A DNA stretch of 32,432 bases from a virus (taxonomy: Duplodnaviria; Heunggongvirae; Uroviricota; Caudoviricetes): IMG/VR virus record IMGVR_UViG_2541047755_000010. The stretch is one strand, 5' to 3'. The position numbers and the translations under genes are program-made. This document shows, in pieces, positions 1-8,453 of the stretch. The notes beneath the pieces are model-generated. The model did not search any database, was not told the DNA's origin, and saw nothing but the letters and a program-made list of their open reading frames with translations. How positions within the stretch are numbered: position 1 is the stretch's first letter; each line of letters opens with the position of its first letter.

Positions 1-17
1 AACACGAGCAAACAGAT

Positions 18-50
18 AAAAAAGGGCCAGCCAATTGGCCAGCCCTTCTT
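18..50 (-). terminator. GC-rich hairpin followed by a U-run on the minus-strand transcript; putative rho-independent terminator downstream of the 203..1132 gene
   Basis: Plus strand reads aaaaaagggccagccaattggccagcccttctt; on the minus strand this is a GC stem (AGGGC...GCCCU around a GGCCAAUUGGCU core) followed by UUUUUU. Confidence 0.45.
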
Positions 51-202
51 AACAGGATGTCGCTTAAGCGAAACCTTAGTTAAGACGCTTTTACATGATA
101 CCATTGATAAACATGCATTTTTCATTATAAACAGTTAGTTATATGTATCACTAGTGTAGTCAAGTGCAGCCATAAACATGCTGTGTGGGCAGATTGTGGA
201 CA

Positions 203-1132
203 CTACTTATTTCCCTGTCCAATCTTACCCGCAACTGCCTCGGTAAGCTTTACTAAGGTTTCAAGTTCATTTTTGTCTAATTTTCTTGCTTCAATAATTT
301 CAGTAGTCTGCCCTGATTCTAGTTTTCCAACTCTTGAGCTAAAATTAATTTTATCCAGAAGGTCTATCATATCGATATCTTTCTGGCTAGCCATTACAAG
401 CTTTATAATGGCATAGCTTTCCTCACGTGAACGTTTTATTGCCTCGTAATAGCGAAACTCATCCATCGTAACCCGATATTGCTTCAAAAAGAAAAATGCG
501 ATTAACTCCAAGAAAATCAACACGCCAAAATTAGGGAGAAGATACATTACCTTGGTTACCGCATCATCCTTAGCATCAATTACATGTGATTGAGAATAGA
601 AGAAACCTAATCCAACTATTGCAAAACAAACACCGACTAATAAATAAAGACTACCGCGAGAATATATGTTTTTCGCAAGACCTTCAGAGCTATTAATCAA
701 ACCTTTAAGATAAAAATCCAGAGATTCATCTTCATCAGCAGCAGCCCTTTCCTCTTGAGCCTTCTTGAGTAGTTTTATCTCATTTATAATATCGACAATA
801 TTAAACATCGATGATTTGTCGACTGAATCACTCCCTGTAATTCTCATAAACATTCTTTGGATTGGAGACACACCATAGATAATGGTGTAAACGATTACAA
901 ATGACACTGCGAATATTGACCTGATAAAGCTCGGCAAATGTGTAAGATCTGCTCTCGCACTGGGAAATAAATAATAAAAGGTTGAGTCTAATATCCCTGT
1001 AGCAAAAATTACATTTGCAACTAGAAAGACTGCACCTATCTCAACTAAATTATAAAAACCACGAGTGCGTACCCTAATGACTTTGGCCTCGGTCATTCTT
1101 GGAGGTGTTTCGATGGTTGGCTCACTCATCAT
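203..1132 (-). CDS. hypothetical multi-pass membrane protein (309 aa), AT-rich accessory gene overlapping the 3' end of int
   Basis: Intact ORF with at least four hydrophobic helix-length segments (e.g. LVEIGAVFLVANVIFATGIL, IRSIFAVSFVIVYTIIYGV, LYLLVGVCFAIVGLGFFY, VMYLLPNFGVLIFLELIAFFFL) and charged coiled-coil-like linkers. Its start at 1132 overlaps the int stop at 1122-1124. Visibly AT-rich compared with the phage backbone. Confidence 0.6.
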   Translation of the reverse strand: MMSEPTIETPPRMTEAKVIRVRTRGFYNLVEIGAVFLVANVIFATGILDSTFYYLFPSARADLTHLPSFIRSIFAVSFVIVYTIIYGVSPIQRMFMRITGSDSVDKSSMFNIVDIINEIKLLKKAQEERAAADEDESLDFYLKGLINSSEGLAKNIYSRGSLYLLVGVCFAIVGLGFFYSQSHVIDAKDDAVTKVMYLLPNFGVLIFLELIAFFFLKQYRVTMDEFRYYEAIKRSREESYAIIKLVMASQKDIDMIDLLDKINFSSRVGKLESGQTTEIIEARKLDKNELETLVKLTEAVAGKIGQGNK

Positions 1133-2159
1133 ATAATCCTGTTAAATTAGAAATAGGGTTAAGAGTTACAGCTTCTTCTAAATGATCTGGTGCAAAATGA
1201 GCGTATCTCATGGTTTCCCTAATGTTAGAATGGCCCAAGATTCGTTGCAGTACTAAAATGTTCCCACCATTCATCATAAAGTGACTCGCAAATGTATGAC
1301 GTAACACATGCGTTTTTTGCCCTTCAGCTAACTCTATATCGGTCAGAGCGAGCATTTTCTTGAACTCCTGATAGCAGGGGTGGAACATTTTTCCCTGTAA
1401 AGGAGCCAACTCGTCATATAGCCACCGAGGGATCGGTACTGTACGATTCTTCTTTCCCTTCGTTTTAGTGAAAGTCAACTTGTGGGGTGAAAGCTGTGAA
1501 CGAGTAAGACGCTCGGCCTCGCTCCATCGAGCACCAGTCGCTAAGCACACTTTGACGATACGGGTTAAATAAATTTTCCCGTATGACTCACAAGCATTGA
1601 GCACTTCGCGAATTTGAGGCTGGGTAAGCCAAGACATTTCTTTTTCGGCTTCTTTGAAAACTCGCACACCTTCGAGAGGATTTGGCAGACTCCACTCACC
1701 CAAGCGCTTCAGCTCATTGAAAACAGCTTCGAGGTACTGTTGTTCCCGGTTCACAGTCACAGGTTTCGCAATCCACTTTTCAGAATTTGCGTGATAGCCA
1801 TTGTCGATTTCACCCTTGAGACGTTTATCCCGATAATGGGCGAAATCTTTGGCGGTAAGCTGGGTAGCGATTGGGTCGCCAAGACCCCGGCAAACAATGT
1901 GCAGTTTGGCCAATCGCGATTTGCTGGCAGCGAGCGACTGGCCATGGAGGTTATGCCACAGCTCAATCAGTTCACTCAAACGTCGACGGTCTTCCTTCTC
2001 ACCCATCCACGGCTTATTTTGTGCCTCTTCTCGGTAATACTGCTCGAAGGCAACGGCTTCACCTTTGGTTGAAAACTTCTTACGCACGCGGCGACTTTCA
2101 GCCCCGTCGACGCGGAAATCACAAAGCCATTCACCCGATGTCAGTTTTTTAACACTCAT
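1122..2159 (-). CDS. int: tyrosine site-specific integrase (P2/186 family)
   Basis: 345-aa ORF with the C-terminal catalytic region typical of tyrosine recombinases (…THVLRHTFASHFMMNGGNILVLQRILGHSNIRETMRYAHF…). Lies immediately downstream of cI on the same strand, as in 186. Confidence 0.93.
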   Translation of the reverse strand: MSVKKLTSGEWLCDFRVDGAESRRVRKKFSTKGEAVAFEQYYREEAQNKPWMGEKEDRRRLSELIELWHNLHGQSLAASKSRLAKLHIVCRGLGDPIATQLTAKDFAHYRDKRLKGEIDNGYHANSEKWIAKPVTVNREQQYLEAVFNELKRLGEWSLPNPLEGVRVFKEAEKEMSWLTQPQIREVLNACESYGKIYLTRIVKVCLATGARWSEAERLTRSQLSPHKLTFTKTKGKKNRTVPIPRWLYDELAPLQGKMFHPCYQEFKKMLALTDIELAEGQKTHVLRHTFASHFMMNGGNILVLQRILGHSNIRETMRYAHFAPDHLEEAVTLNPISNLTGLYDE

Positions 2160-2163
2160 ATCG

Positions 2164-2742
2164 TTAGCTAGATTTCGTCAGGCTTACCAGCACCATGCCA
2201 ATACACTTAACCTCAGAAACTGAGCATTGAAAATCGGCATCAGCGTTGCTGACTTTTATTCTGTTCCCCGGGATCCTTGCAACGTCATAGACATCATGAT
2301 CCCCGTCGATACTGAGCATCCATCGCCCATTTGCTATATCAGTCATATCAAAATCAACTATCCAGGACTGCTGGCCTTTTACTATGTAATTGGGGTGCGT
2401 CGCCTCAGTAGAAAAGAGGTTAGCATCAACAATCCAATGACCGTTTTCCTGCAGCTTACCTGCAACAATATCCAATCGGTCTAATGTTTTCATTTCGCCA
2501 TTAGTATGGTCTGCATCAAACTTGTTCCCCTTCCCTGTTGCCAACCAACGTAAAGACACCCCAGTGTCCAAAGCGCATGCAACAACAACATCCCCGGGGA
2601 AAAAATTACGCCGAACCCAAGTGCTGATTGTTCCCGATGACAGCTCATGCAAGTCACCGAGTTGTTTTTGCATGGTGAAGCCATACGCATCAAGGATGCG
2701 CTGCAGCACTGCTTTTCCACCCTCTAACTCATCCAATTTCAT
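2164..2742 (-). CDS. cI: 186-type CI immunity repressor (192 aa from the internal ATG; ORF extends to 2781)
   Basis: N-terminal HTH-like segment (LQRILDAYGFTMQKQLGDLHELSSGTISTWV) plus a C-terminal domain. Divergent from apl across a short switch region and 5 bp upstream of int. Start at 2742 is chosen because the M1 codon at 2781 would sit inside the opposing promoter/operator. Confidence 0.8.
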   Translation of the reverse strand: MKLDELEGGKAVLQRILDAYGFTMQKQLGDLHELSSGTISTWVRRNFFPGDVVVACALDTGVSLRWLATGKGNKFDADHTNGEMKTLDRLDIVAGKLQENGHWIVDANLFSTEATHPNYIVKGQQSWIVDFDMTDIANGRWMLSIDGDHDVYDVARIPGNRIKVSNADADFQCSVSEVKCIGMVLVSLTKSS

Positions 2743-2774
2743 CTTAAAAATCCGAGTTATCGCGAAAATCCAAA

Positions 2775-2803
2775 TTGACATCTCGCTTTTTCGAGATAAG
2801 ATT
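2775..2803 (+). promoter_or_regulatory. candidate lytic promoter (pR-like) with an operator dyad in the spacer
   Basis: TTGACA at 2775-2780, the perfect dyad atctcgctttttcgagat at 2780-2797, and a TAAGAT -10-like hexamer at 2797-2802, all upstream of apl. A direct repeat of TCTCGCTT follows at about 2803. Confidence 0.5.
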
Positions 2804-2867
2804 CTCGCTTGAATTTAAAAATGCACGCCAATGCACCAAACCAACTAGTAACCGGAGATGATTACTT

Positions 2868-3092
2868 ATGACTCCACAAATTGCAATCCCGTCCGGCGCG
2901 GATCTCATGACTTATGACGAATTTGCTGAATGCTACGGCTACAGCATTCGCACTGTAAAACAGATGGTTGCTGATGGAGATCTCCTCCTGATGCCCCGTA
3001 AAAAAGACGGTGGTGCTGCGCGTATCAATATGGTTGCCTTCCGTGCTCGACTCTTGGCTCAGGGCCTTAATTGCCGCTATGTGGCAGCCTAA
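2868..3092 (+). CDS. apl: Apl/Cox-like excisionase and switch regulator (74 aa)
   Basis: Small HTH-type ORF with a GGAGA RBS, first gene of the rightward operon opposite cI, followed by cII as in 186. Confidence 0.7.
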   Translation: MTPQIAIPSGADLMTYDEFAECYGYSIRTVKQMVADGDLLLMPRKKDGGAARINMVAFRARLLAQGLNCRYVAA

Positions 3093-3127
3093 GAAACTCG
3101 ATTATTTAAGATAGCGAGGGAAAATAC

Positions 3128-3637
3128 ATGTTTGATTTTCAAATTTCCAAACATCCCCACTATGACGAAGCGTGCCGGGCTTTCGCGCAGCGTCACAATA
3201 TGGCGAAGCTGGCCGAGCATGCGGGTATGAATGTTCAGACGTTACGTAACAAACTTAACCCGGAACAGCCTCACCAGTTCACACCGCCTGAGTTATGGCT
3301 GCTGACTGATCTGACCGAAGACTCAACCCTCGTTGATGGCTTTCTGGCGCAGATCCATTGTCTACCTTGTGTGCCGGTTAATGAGTTGGCTAAAGATAAA
3401 TTGCAGTCCTATGTCATGCGCGCAATGAGCGAACTCGGCGAACTGGCGAACGGTGCTGCATCTGATGAACGCCTGACCTCTGCTCGTAAACACAACATGG
3501 TTGAAAGCGTTAACGCCGGTATTCGCATGCTGTCATTGTCGGCGCTGGCGTTACAGGCTCGCCTCCAGGCTAACCCGGCAATGTCGAGCGTCGTCGACAC
3601 CATGACCGGCATTGGCGCAACATTCGGTTTGGTATGA
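3128..3637 (+). CDS. cII: CII-like lysogeny establishment regulator (169 aa)
   Basis: 169-aa ORF with a GAGGGA RBS, directly after apl. Size and position match 186 CII; N-terminal HTH-like region (…MAKLAEHAGMNVQTLRNKLN…). Confidence 0.7.
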   Translation: MFDFQISKHPHYDEACRAFAQRHNMAKLAEHAGMNVQTLRNKLNPEQPHQFTPPELWLLTDLTEDSTLVDGFLAQIHCLPCVPVNELAKDKLQSYVMRAMSELGELANGAASDERLTSARKHNMVESVNAGIRMLSLSALALQARLQANPAMSSVVDTMTGIGATFGLV

Positions 3638-3644
3638 GGTACCT

Positions 3645-3872
3645 GTGCTGAAAAATGAACCTTCATTCGCTTCTCTGCTCGTTAAGCAAAGTCCCGGCAT
3701 GCATTACGGTCACGGCTGGATTGCGGGGAAAGATGGCAGGCGCTGGCATCCGTGCTGCTCACAGTCCGAATTATTAAAAGGGCTGGAAACAAAGCCGCCG
3801 AAGTCGTCAGGCTTTTTAATTGTTCGTATTGTCCACTTTATTATTAAAGGGATTAAACATGTCACGCGATGA
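3645..3872 (+). CDS. hypothetical early protein (fil/dhr position); start uncertain (GTG 3645 or ATG 3612)
   Basis: ORF 3612..3872 overlaps the cII 3' end; GTG at 3645 follows a GAGGT motif. Positional analogy to 186 early genes only. Confidence 0.35.
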   Translation: MLKNEPSFASLLVKQSPGMHYGHGWIAGKDGRRWHPCCSQSELLKGLETKPPKSSGFLIVRIVHFIIKGIKHVTR

Positions 3873-4059
3873 ATTAAGAATTGTTTTAGGAGCCATGATT
3901 CCGAATATGGAAGACGGTTTTGAAATTAAAACTCGCGACGGTGCAATACTTCGGGTTGACCCTGAGTGGGAATGCTGCAAAGAGTTTAAGGATGGCCTGA
4001 AAGCTGAAATTATCAGCCAGTTGAAAAGTAAACCTGCCGTTGTATTTGGCTATAGCTAA
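3859..4059 (+). CDS. hypothetical early protein (66 aa)
   Basis: ATG at 3859 preceded by AAAGGGA; ORF in the early operon. Confidence 0.45.
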   Translation: MSRDELRIVLGAMIPNMEDGFEIKTRDGAILRVDPEWECCKEFKDGLKAEIISQLKSKPAVVFGYS

Positions 4060-4128
4060 TTAATCACAATTAATTATCTGGCGTAAACCCGCCGGGCATT
4101 TTATTGCCCGAAATCAGGAGAGTTAGTT

Positions 4129-4356
4129 ATGCGCAATACCGAACCCCGTAGTTTTAATACTGATAGTGACGCGCTGGCCGTGCTGCTGACAGATGCCAAA
4201 AAAGAAGAACGCAAAGACCGTGCACTCGCCGTTTCAATCCGTCTTGAGGCGCTGGCTATCCATATAACCAAAGAAGGCATGAACGGCAAAGAAGCCGCTG
4301 AACTGCTGCGCCGTGAAGCCACCCGCTTTGAAAACGAATCTCAGGAGTTGCACTAA
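4129..4356 (+). CDS. hypothetical early protein (75 aa)
   Basis: ATG with an AGGAGA RBS; charged helical small protein. Confidence 0.5.
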   Translation: MRNTEPRSFNTDSDALAVLLTDAKKEERKDRALAVSIRLEALAIHITKEGMNGKEAAELLRREATRFENESQELH

Positions 4357-4577
4357 TGGCCGATGTTATGGATGGAGTACAGGAGCGCGAACAAGCCGAG
4401 CGCGAGCGCCATATCAACAACGCGCGCAGCCGTATTACTGTGCCTTCTCGTTTCCTCTGTGAAGTATGTGACGTACCAATTCCGGAAGCCCGACGAATCG
4501 CGCTTCCGGGTGTGGGCTTGTGCGTGACCTGCCAGCAAATCGCCGAGCTTAAATCAAAGCATTATCGGGGGATATGA
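4356..4577 (+). CDS. DksA/TraR-family C4 zinc-finger protein (73 aa)
   Basis: CxxC…CxxC spacing (CEVCDVPIPEARRIALPGVGLCVTCQ) near the C-terminus, characteristic of TraR/DksA-like phage proteins. ATG overlaps the upstream stop (TAATG). Confidence 0.7.
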   Translation: MADVMDGVQEREQAERERHINNARSRITVPSRFLCEVCDVPIPEARRIALPGVGLCVTCQQIAELKSKHYRGI

Positions 4578-4578
4578 A

Positions 4579-6726
4579 TTGGCTGTTCAATTCGCGTTTC
4601 CGTGGAATGCTCCACGGTCGGCAATAGCCAGTCCATATCTTACCTACGACCAACAGTATCGCCGCGACCGTATGCTCGCGGCTTTGCTGCATGCTAGAAA
4701 GGTGCTTTCCCTCCAGCCCGAGTGTGTACGTTTTGACGTTTATCGCACTGCTGCGGTGCTGGAGCAAAATCAGGGCAGTCAACGAGCCAATGCTTTTTTA
4801 ATAAGCTTCTGCAAAAAGGCATTGCCGCGTTTTGAACTGGTCGCAAAAAAATACGAGTGTACCGGTATTAACAGCAACGTATCAGCCGCTGTTTTCGGTT
4901 GTCATTTCGATACTCAGCTTATGCAATATCTGGCGTCTCGCATGGTCAACATAGTCGCCAGATACAACCGACTCCCGGATATGGCACGCGCCGACATCGA
5001 CCTGCTGGCTGCTGATATCGCCGATTTTATCCGTGCAGAGTTAGTCAACATTGACGATTCTGACATGTGTGAACTGGAGACATTAAATGCCTGGTATATG
5101 CATGCTGGTTTCATCACTCAGCAATTCAGGATAATGCCACCAGAGTGGGAACGGTCGCGGGATAAATATTGGGATCAGGATAAAGTCGCTCCAGCAATTG
5201 CCCGTATGTTTTCGGAAAAATGGTGGCGTGGCCGTCTGCGTCGCATTGCGGCTGCGTGGCGCGAACACCTGCAAATCGCAATCGGAAATGTCAGTAAGAA
5301 AAAACATGTCTACGCGAGTAAAAACTGCGTGACAGACTGGCGTGAACAGAAGCGCCGGACGCGCGAATTTCTCAAAGGTCTGGAGCTTGAAGACGAAGAC
5401 GGCAACCGTATCAGCCTGATTGAAAAATACGATGGTTCAGTCGCTAACTCTGCGATTCGACGCTGTGAGCTTATGACCCGCATTCGTGGGTTTGAAAATA
5501 TCTGCAATGAGCTCGGTTATGTTGGTGAGTTTTACACCCTGACCGCACCGTCTAAATATCACGCCACGACAAAGGCAGGCTACCGTAACACCAAATGGAA
5601 TGGATCCAATCCATCCGATACGCAATGTTATCTCACTGGCCTGTGGGCACGCATTCGCGCAAAACTCCACCGTGAAGACATTCGTATTTTCGGGATCCGC
5701 GTTGCAGAGCCTCACCATGACGGGTGCCCTCACTGGCATATGCTGATGTTTATGCTCCCGGAGGACGTCGATACCGTTCGTGGCATTATTCGGGACTACG
5801 CATGGCAAGAAGATTTTCACGAACTCAAAAGCGATAAAGCCAAAAAAGCACGTTTCCACGCAGAAGCCATTGATCCGGAGAAAGGCAGCGCAACCGGCTA
5901 CGTCGCGAAATACATCTCGAAAAATATCGACGGTTACGCTCTTGATGACGAAACCGATGACGAAAACGGTGAACTGTTGAAAGAGACAGCCCCCGCCGTT
6001 TCAGCATGGGCGGCGCGCTGGCATATTCGTCAGTTTCAGTTTATCGGTGGTGCACCAGTGACTGTTTATCGTGAATTGCGTCGCCTTGCAGATACCGAGA
6101 CCGCGCACGGTCTAAGTGTTGAGTTTGCGGCTGTCCATGATGCCGCCGATGCCGGTGATTGGGCTGGCTATGTTAATGCGCAGGGCGGTCCGTTTGTCCG
6201 TCGCGATGATTTGCAGGTGCGTACGCTTTATGAACCGCGCACCGAGTTTAACCAGTATGGTGAGGAAACTGTCTGCATTCGTGGTGTGTACGACTCCACC
6301 GTTGGTGTTGGCACTCCGATTTTAACCCGGCTCACGCAATGGAAAATTGTTCCGAAGCGTGCCGTTGATTTGGCCGTTGACGTTAAGGACGGCTTCGCCG
6401 TCCCTTGGAGTTCTGTCAATAACTGTACGGGAAGCGAAAGCGATCCACCGGAACTCGATTTATCAAAACCCCTGAGTCGACGTGAAAGGCGAGAGCTGAC
6501 GAACCGAATCAGGAAACCAAAGCCACCTAAGAGGCCGAAATTTATCCACGGAACAGATGAGCAAAGTGCTCCGATAGAAAAAACTATCGACGAGATCCGT
6601 CTGACAACCGGCATTACCATCAGCCGGGGAGAAGCCCTGCACCTGATAGCAGGTGGCAAAAGTTGTATTAACGGTAAATGGTTGCGTGGAACGTCCAAAG
6701 GTGAAATTTTCTCCGCAGCGCCATAG
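4579..6726 (+). CDS. A: rolling-circle replication initiation protein (P2 gpA family)
   Basis: About 715-aa ORF containing the PHHDGCPHWHMLMF metal-binding motif and the YVAKYISKNIDGYAL catalytic-tyrosine region typical of P2 A. The 4579 codon is TTG; the exact start is uncertain. Confidence 0.9.
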   Translation: MAVQFAFPWNAPRSAIASPYLTYDQQYRRDRMLAALLHARKVLSLQPECVRFDVYRTAAVLEQNQGSQRANAFLISFCKKALPRFELVAKKYECTGINSNVSAAVFGCHFDTQLMQYLASRMVNIVARYNRLPDMARADIDLLAADIADFIRAELVNIDDSDMCELETLNAWYMHAGFITQQFRIMPPEWERSRDKYWDQDKVAPAIARMFSEKWWRGRLRRIAAAWREHLQIAIGNVSKKKHVYASKNCVTDWREQKRRTREFLKGLELEDEDGNRISLIEKYDGSVANSAIRRCELMTRIRGFENICNELGYVGEFYTLTAPSKYHATTKAGYRNTKWNGSNPSDTQCYLTGLWARIRAKLHREDIRIFGIRVAEPHHDGCPHWHMLMFMLPEDVDTVRGIIRDYAWQEDFHELKSDKAKKARFHAEAIDPEKGSATGYVAKYISKNIDGYALDDETDDENGELLKETAPAVSAWAARWHIRQFQFIGGAPVTVYRELRRLADTETAHGLSVEFAAVHDAADAGDWAGYVNAQGGPFVRRDDLQVRTLYEPRTEFNQYGEETVCIRGVYDSTVGVGTPILTRLTQWKIVPKRAVDLAVDVKDGFAVPWSSVNNCTGSESDPPELDLSKPLSRRERRELTNRIRKPKPPKRPKFIHGTDEQSAPIEKTIDEIRLTTGITISRGEALHLIAGGKSCINGKWLRGTSKGEIFSAAP

Positions 6727-6875
6727 CTTCAGGCAAAGCCTAGGGAAATCCTTAATCGTGTTGCGGTGCTGGCAGAAACATCAAAACTCACAGGTGATTA
6801 ATTTACATCCATATCATGTACATACAACACCTACCCGATTCACTTTTTCTCTTCCCATCTTTTGCCAATACGTTA

Positions 6876-6895
6876 TACTGTATAAATACACAGTA
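6876..6895 (+). promoter_or_regulatory. LexA (SOS) box overlapping a promoter
   Basis: tactgtataaatacacagta matches the CTGT-N8-ACAG LexA consensus and lies about 20 bp upstream of the GGGAGGGA RBS of the 6916 ORF. Confidence 0.8.
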
Positions 6896-6915
6896 ATCCT
6901 ATTGGGAGGGATTTC

Positions 6916-7098
6916 ATGGTTGGGAAACATTTCAGCCGAACGCAGCAAAAGTGGGCTTGTGTGCAATTTATCGCCGAGATATCTCTTATTGCCAACTGCA
7001 AACCGGCAGATTTGAAGCTGGCACTAACTCTGATTGCCGGCCTAGCTAACAGCGAAAGCGACGAAGAAAAAGACGAAATTTTCTATAAGGCTGAATAG
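6916..7098 (+). CDS. SOS-inducible small protein, Tum-like antirepressor candidate (60 aa)
   Basis: Strong RBS (GGGAGGGA) and ATG directly downstream of the LexA box. Position after the replication gene matches 186 tum, but the ORF is much shorter than 186 Tum as I recall it. Confidence 0.5.
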   Translation: MVGKHFSRTQQKWACVQFIAEISLIANCKPADLKLALTLIAGLANSESDEEKDEIFYKAE

Positions 7099-7379
7099 GT
7101 AAACGCGCTGATGCAAAAACTAGATTTTGGCGTCAGCGGGTTTGAACAACGAGCCGCGCGAGGCGTTAGCCTGCCCTTGAAAATCTGACCATGGCCGGCA
7201 CTTTCAAAGTCGTTTTTTATGCCATTTTTCCACGAATTTCCCGTTTTTTAGCTGTGCATGCATCAGGCGCATGATTTTGCATGCGACATGGGTTGCACGT
7301 TCTAGCCGTGTGCCGCCACAGCTGGCGCGTATCCAGAGTGGTCATGCAACTGCATTAAAACCGCCCCATAAAGCGGGCA

Positions 7380-7398
7380 GGCGTGGCGGGGATAGCAT
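7380..7398. other. candidate cos site (cohesive-end sequence)
   Basis: ggcgtggcggggatagcat is 18 of 19 identical to the 186 cohesive-end sequence as I recall it (GGCGTGGCGGGGAAAGCAT; P2 is GGCGAGGCGGGGAAAGCAC). Lies in a non-coding stretch between the tum-like gene and the accessory cassette. Confidence 0.55.
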
Positions 7399-7469
7399 TG
7401 CGCGCCAGAGCAATACAATACATAATTGCTTCGCTCCGTGTATAACATATTCATAGCAAGAGGGATTCT

Positions 7470-8453
7470 ATGGCAACGCAAGATTATAAGAGTAAAATGC
7501 TGCATTATCGCCATGCAATAATGCTTCCTAAAAAGGATGCTCTTTTAACATCAAACCTGCAAGATAGGTTGGCAAACCTTGTGAAAATCAAGGTTCCAAA
7601 TGTTGCTGATAGATTATTCTTCCCTGATGTTCCAGATAATAATGGTAATGTCGCTGCTCACGCCCACATGGTTCTTTCAAATAGCAAAGAAATTCATGGA
7701 ATGTTTTTTGCGGAAATTGTCTATATTGAACCGGGTAGTAGCATTCCTGTTTTCTCTGTTAGCGATTATGCTAAAACAGCTTTAACATACGAGACATTAA
7801 ATTTATCAAGTGGGAATGCTAGAGAGTATTTAGAAAGCATTGCATACATTGGTGTAATTAAGAACCACTTCATAATTCTGCAAAGCAGATCTATTAGAAT
7901 AAAAGATATTGAAAATTATATAAATTTCATACTACAAGACAACCTATCTATTACTGATGATAACTTCATCGTTTTACAGGCAAACAACCTGTCTCTAAAT
8001 ACGGATTTTTTAAAACGTAACATAGTAAAAAATGTTAGCTTAAAGCTGCCTTTAACCTACTATGGAAATAATATTGATGATACAGCTAGTGAGCTATTAA
8101 AAACGCTCGTAGGTGAACATCGAATTAATGAAATGAAGAAAAATGCCATTTTAAATGATGGTTCACCTGACAGGGAATCTCTATCAATTGATATTTCCAT
8201 TGGGTATAAATATAAAGCAAGCGAGTCTGAGCAAGACATGTTGCGTAAAATTACACAAGGCTTGGTTGATAATAGAGATGAAAGCTTAACAATTGAGTTA
8301 AAAGGTGCAGGAATACTCAGGAATGATGAGATTCAACTAAAGGATTCAGTTAATATTGAATACAGCAATGGAATGCTAATTGCTGACAACGTTGCTGAAG
8401 AAATGATTTCATGGTTATTGCGCTTACTAGACACCGGAGTAATTAACCCATGA
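7470..8453 (+). CDS. hypothetical soluble protein (327 aa), first gene of an AT-rich two-gene accessory cassette
   Basis: ATG with an AGAGGGA RBS; strongly AT-rich codon usage unlike the flanking phage genes; no recognisable catalytic motif by eye; its stop overlaps the next gene start (ATGA at 8450-8453). Confidence 0.7.
   Translation: MATQDYKSKMLHYRHAIMLPKKDALLTSNLQDRLANLVKIKVPNVADRLFFPDVPDNNGNVAAHAHMVLSNSKEIHGMFFAEIVYIEPGSSIPVFSVSDYAKTALTYETLNLSSGNAREYLESIAYIGVIKNHFIILQSRSIRIKDIENYINFILQDNLSITDDNFIVLQANNLSLNTDFLKRNIVKNVSLKLPLTYYGNNIDDTASELLKTLVGEHRINEMKKNAILNDGSPDRESLSIDISIGYKYKASESEQDMLRKITQGLVDNRDESLTIELKGAGILRNDEIQLKDSVNIEYSNGMLIADNVAEEMISWLLRLLDTGVINP

Noticed and set aside
18-50. Possible attL/attR core: terminator-like hairpins at both ends (18-50 and 31678-31706) both ending in ccttctt
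   Set aside because: The shared sequence is only about 7 bp and both are plausibly just intrinsic terminators. No convincing direct repeat of att-core length was found, so att sites are left unassigned.
183-416. 77-aa plus-strand ORF at the left edge
   Set aside because: It overlaps the 3' end of the better-supported minus-strand membrane protein gene and has no RBS.
1614-2152. Plus-strand ORFs (152, 62 and 93 aa) inside the integrase gene
   Set aside because: They are antisense to or frame-overlapping a well-supported integrase CDS, with no RBS support and Cys/Arg/Trp-rich composition typical of spurious ORFs in GC-rich DNA.
6653-7015. 120-aa ORF spanning the end of gene A and the LexA-box region
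   Set aside because: It overlaps the A 3' end and the promoter/LexA box of the downstream small ORF; the small ORF at 6916 with a strong RBS is the more plausible gene.
7271-7456. 61-aa ORF across the candidate cos region
   Set aside because: Arg/Ala/His-rich translation without an RBS; the stretch is more plausibly non-coding cos/packaging sequence.
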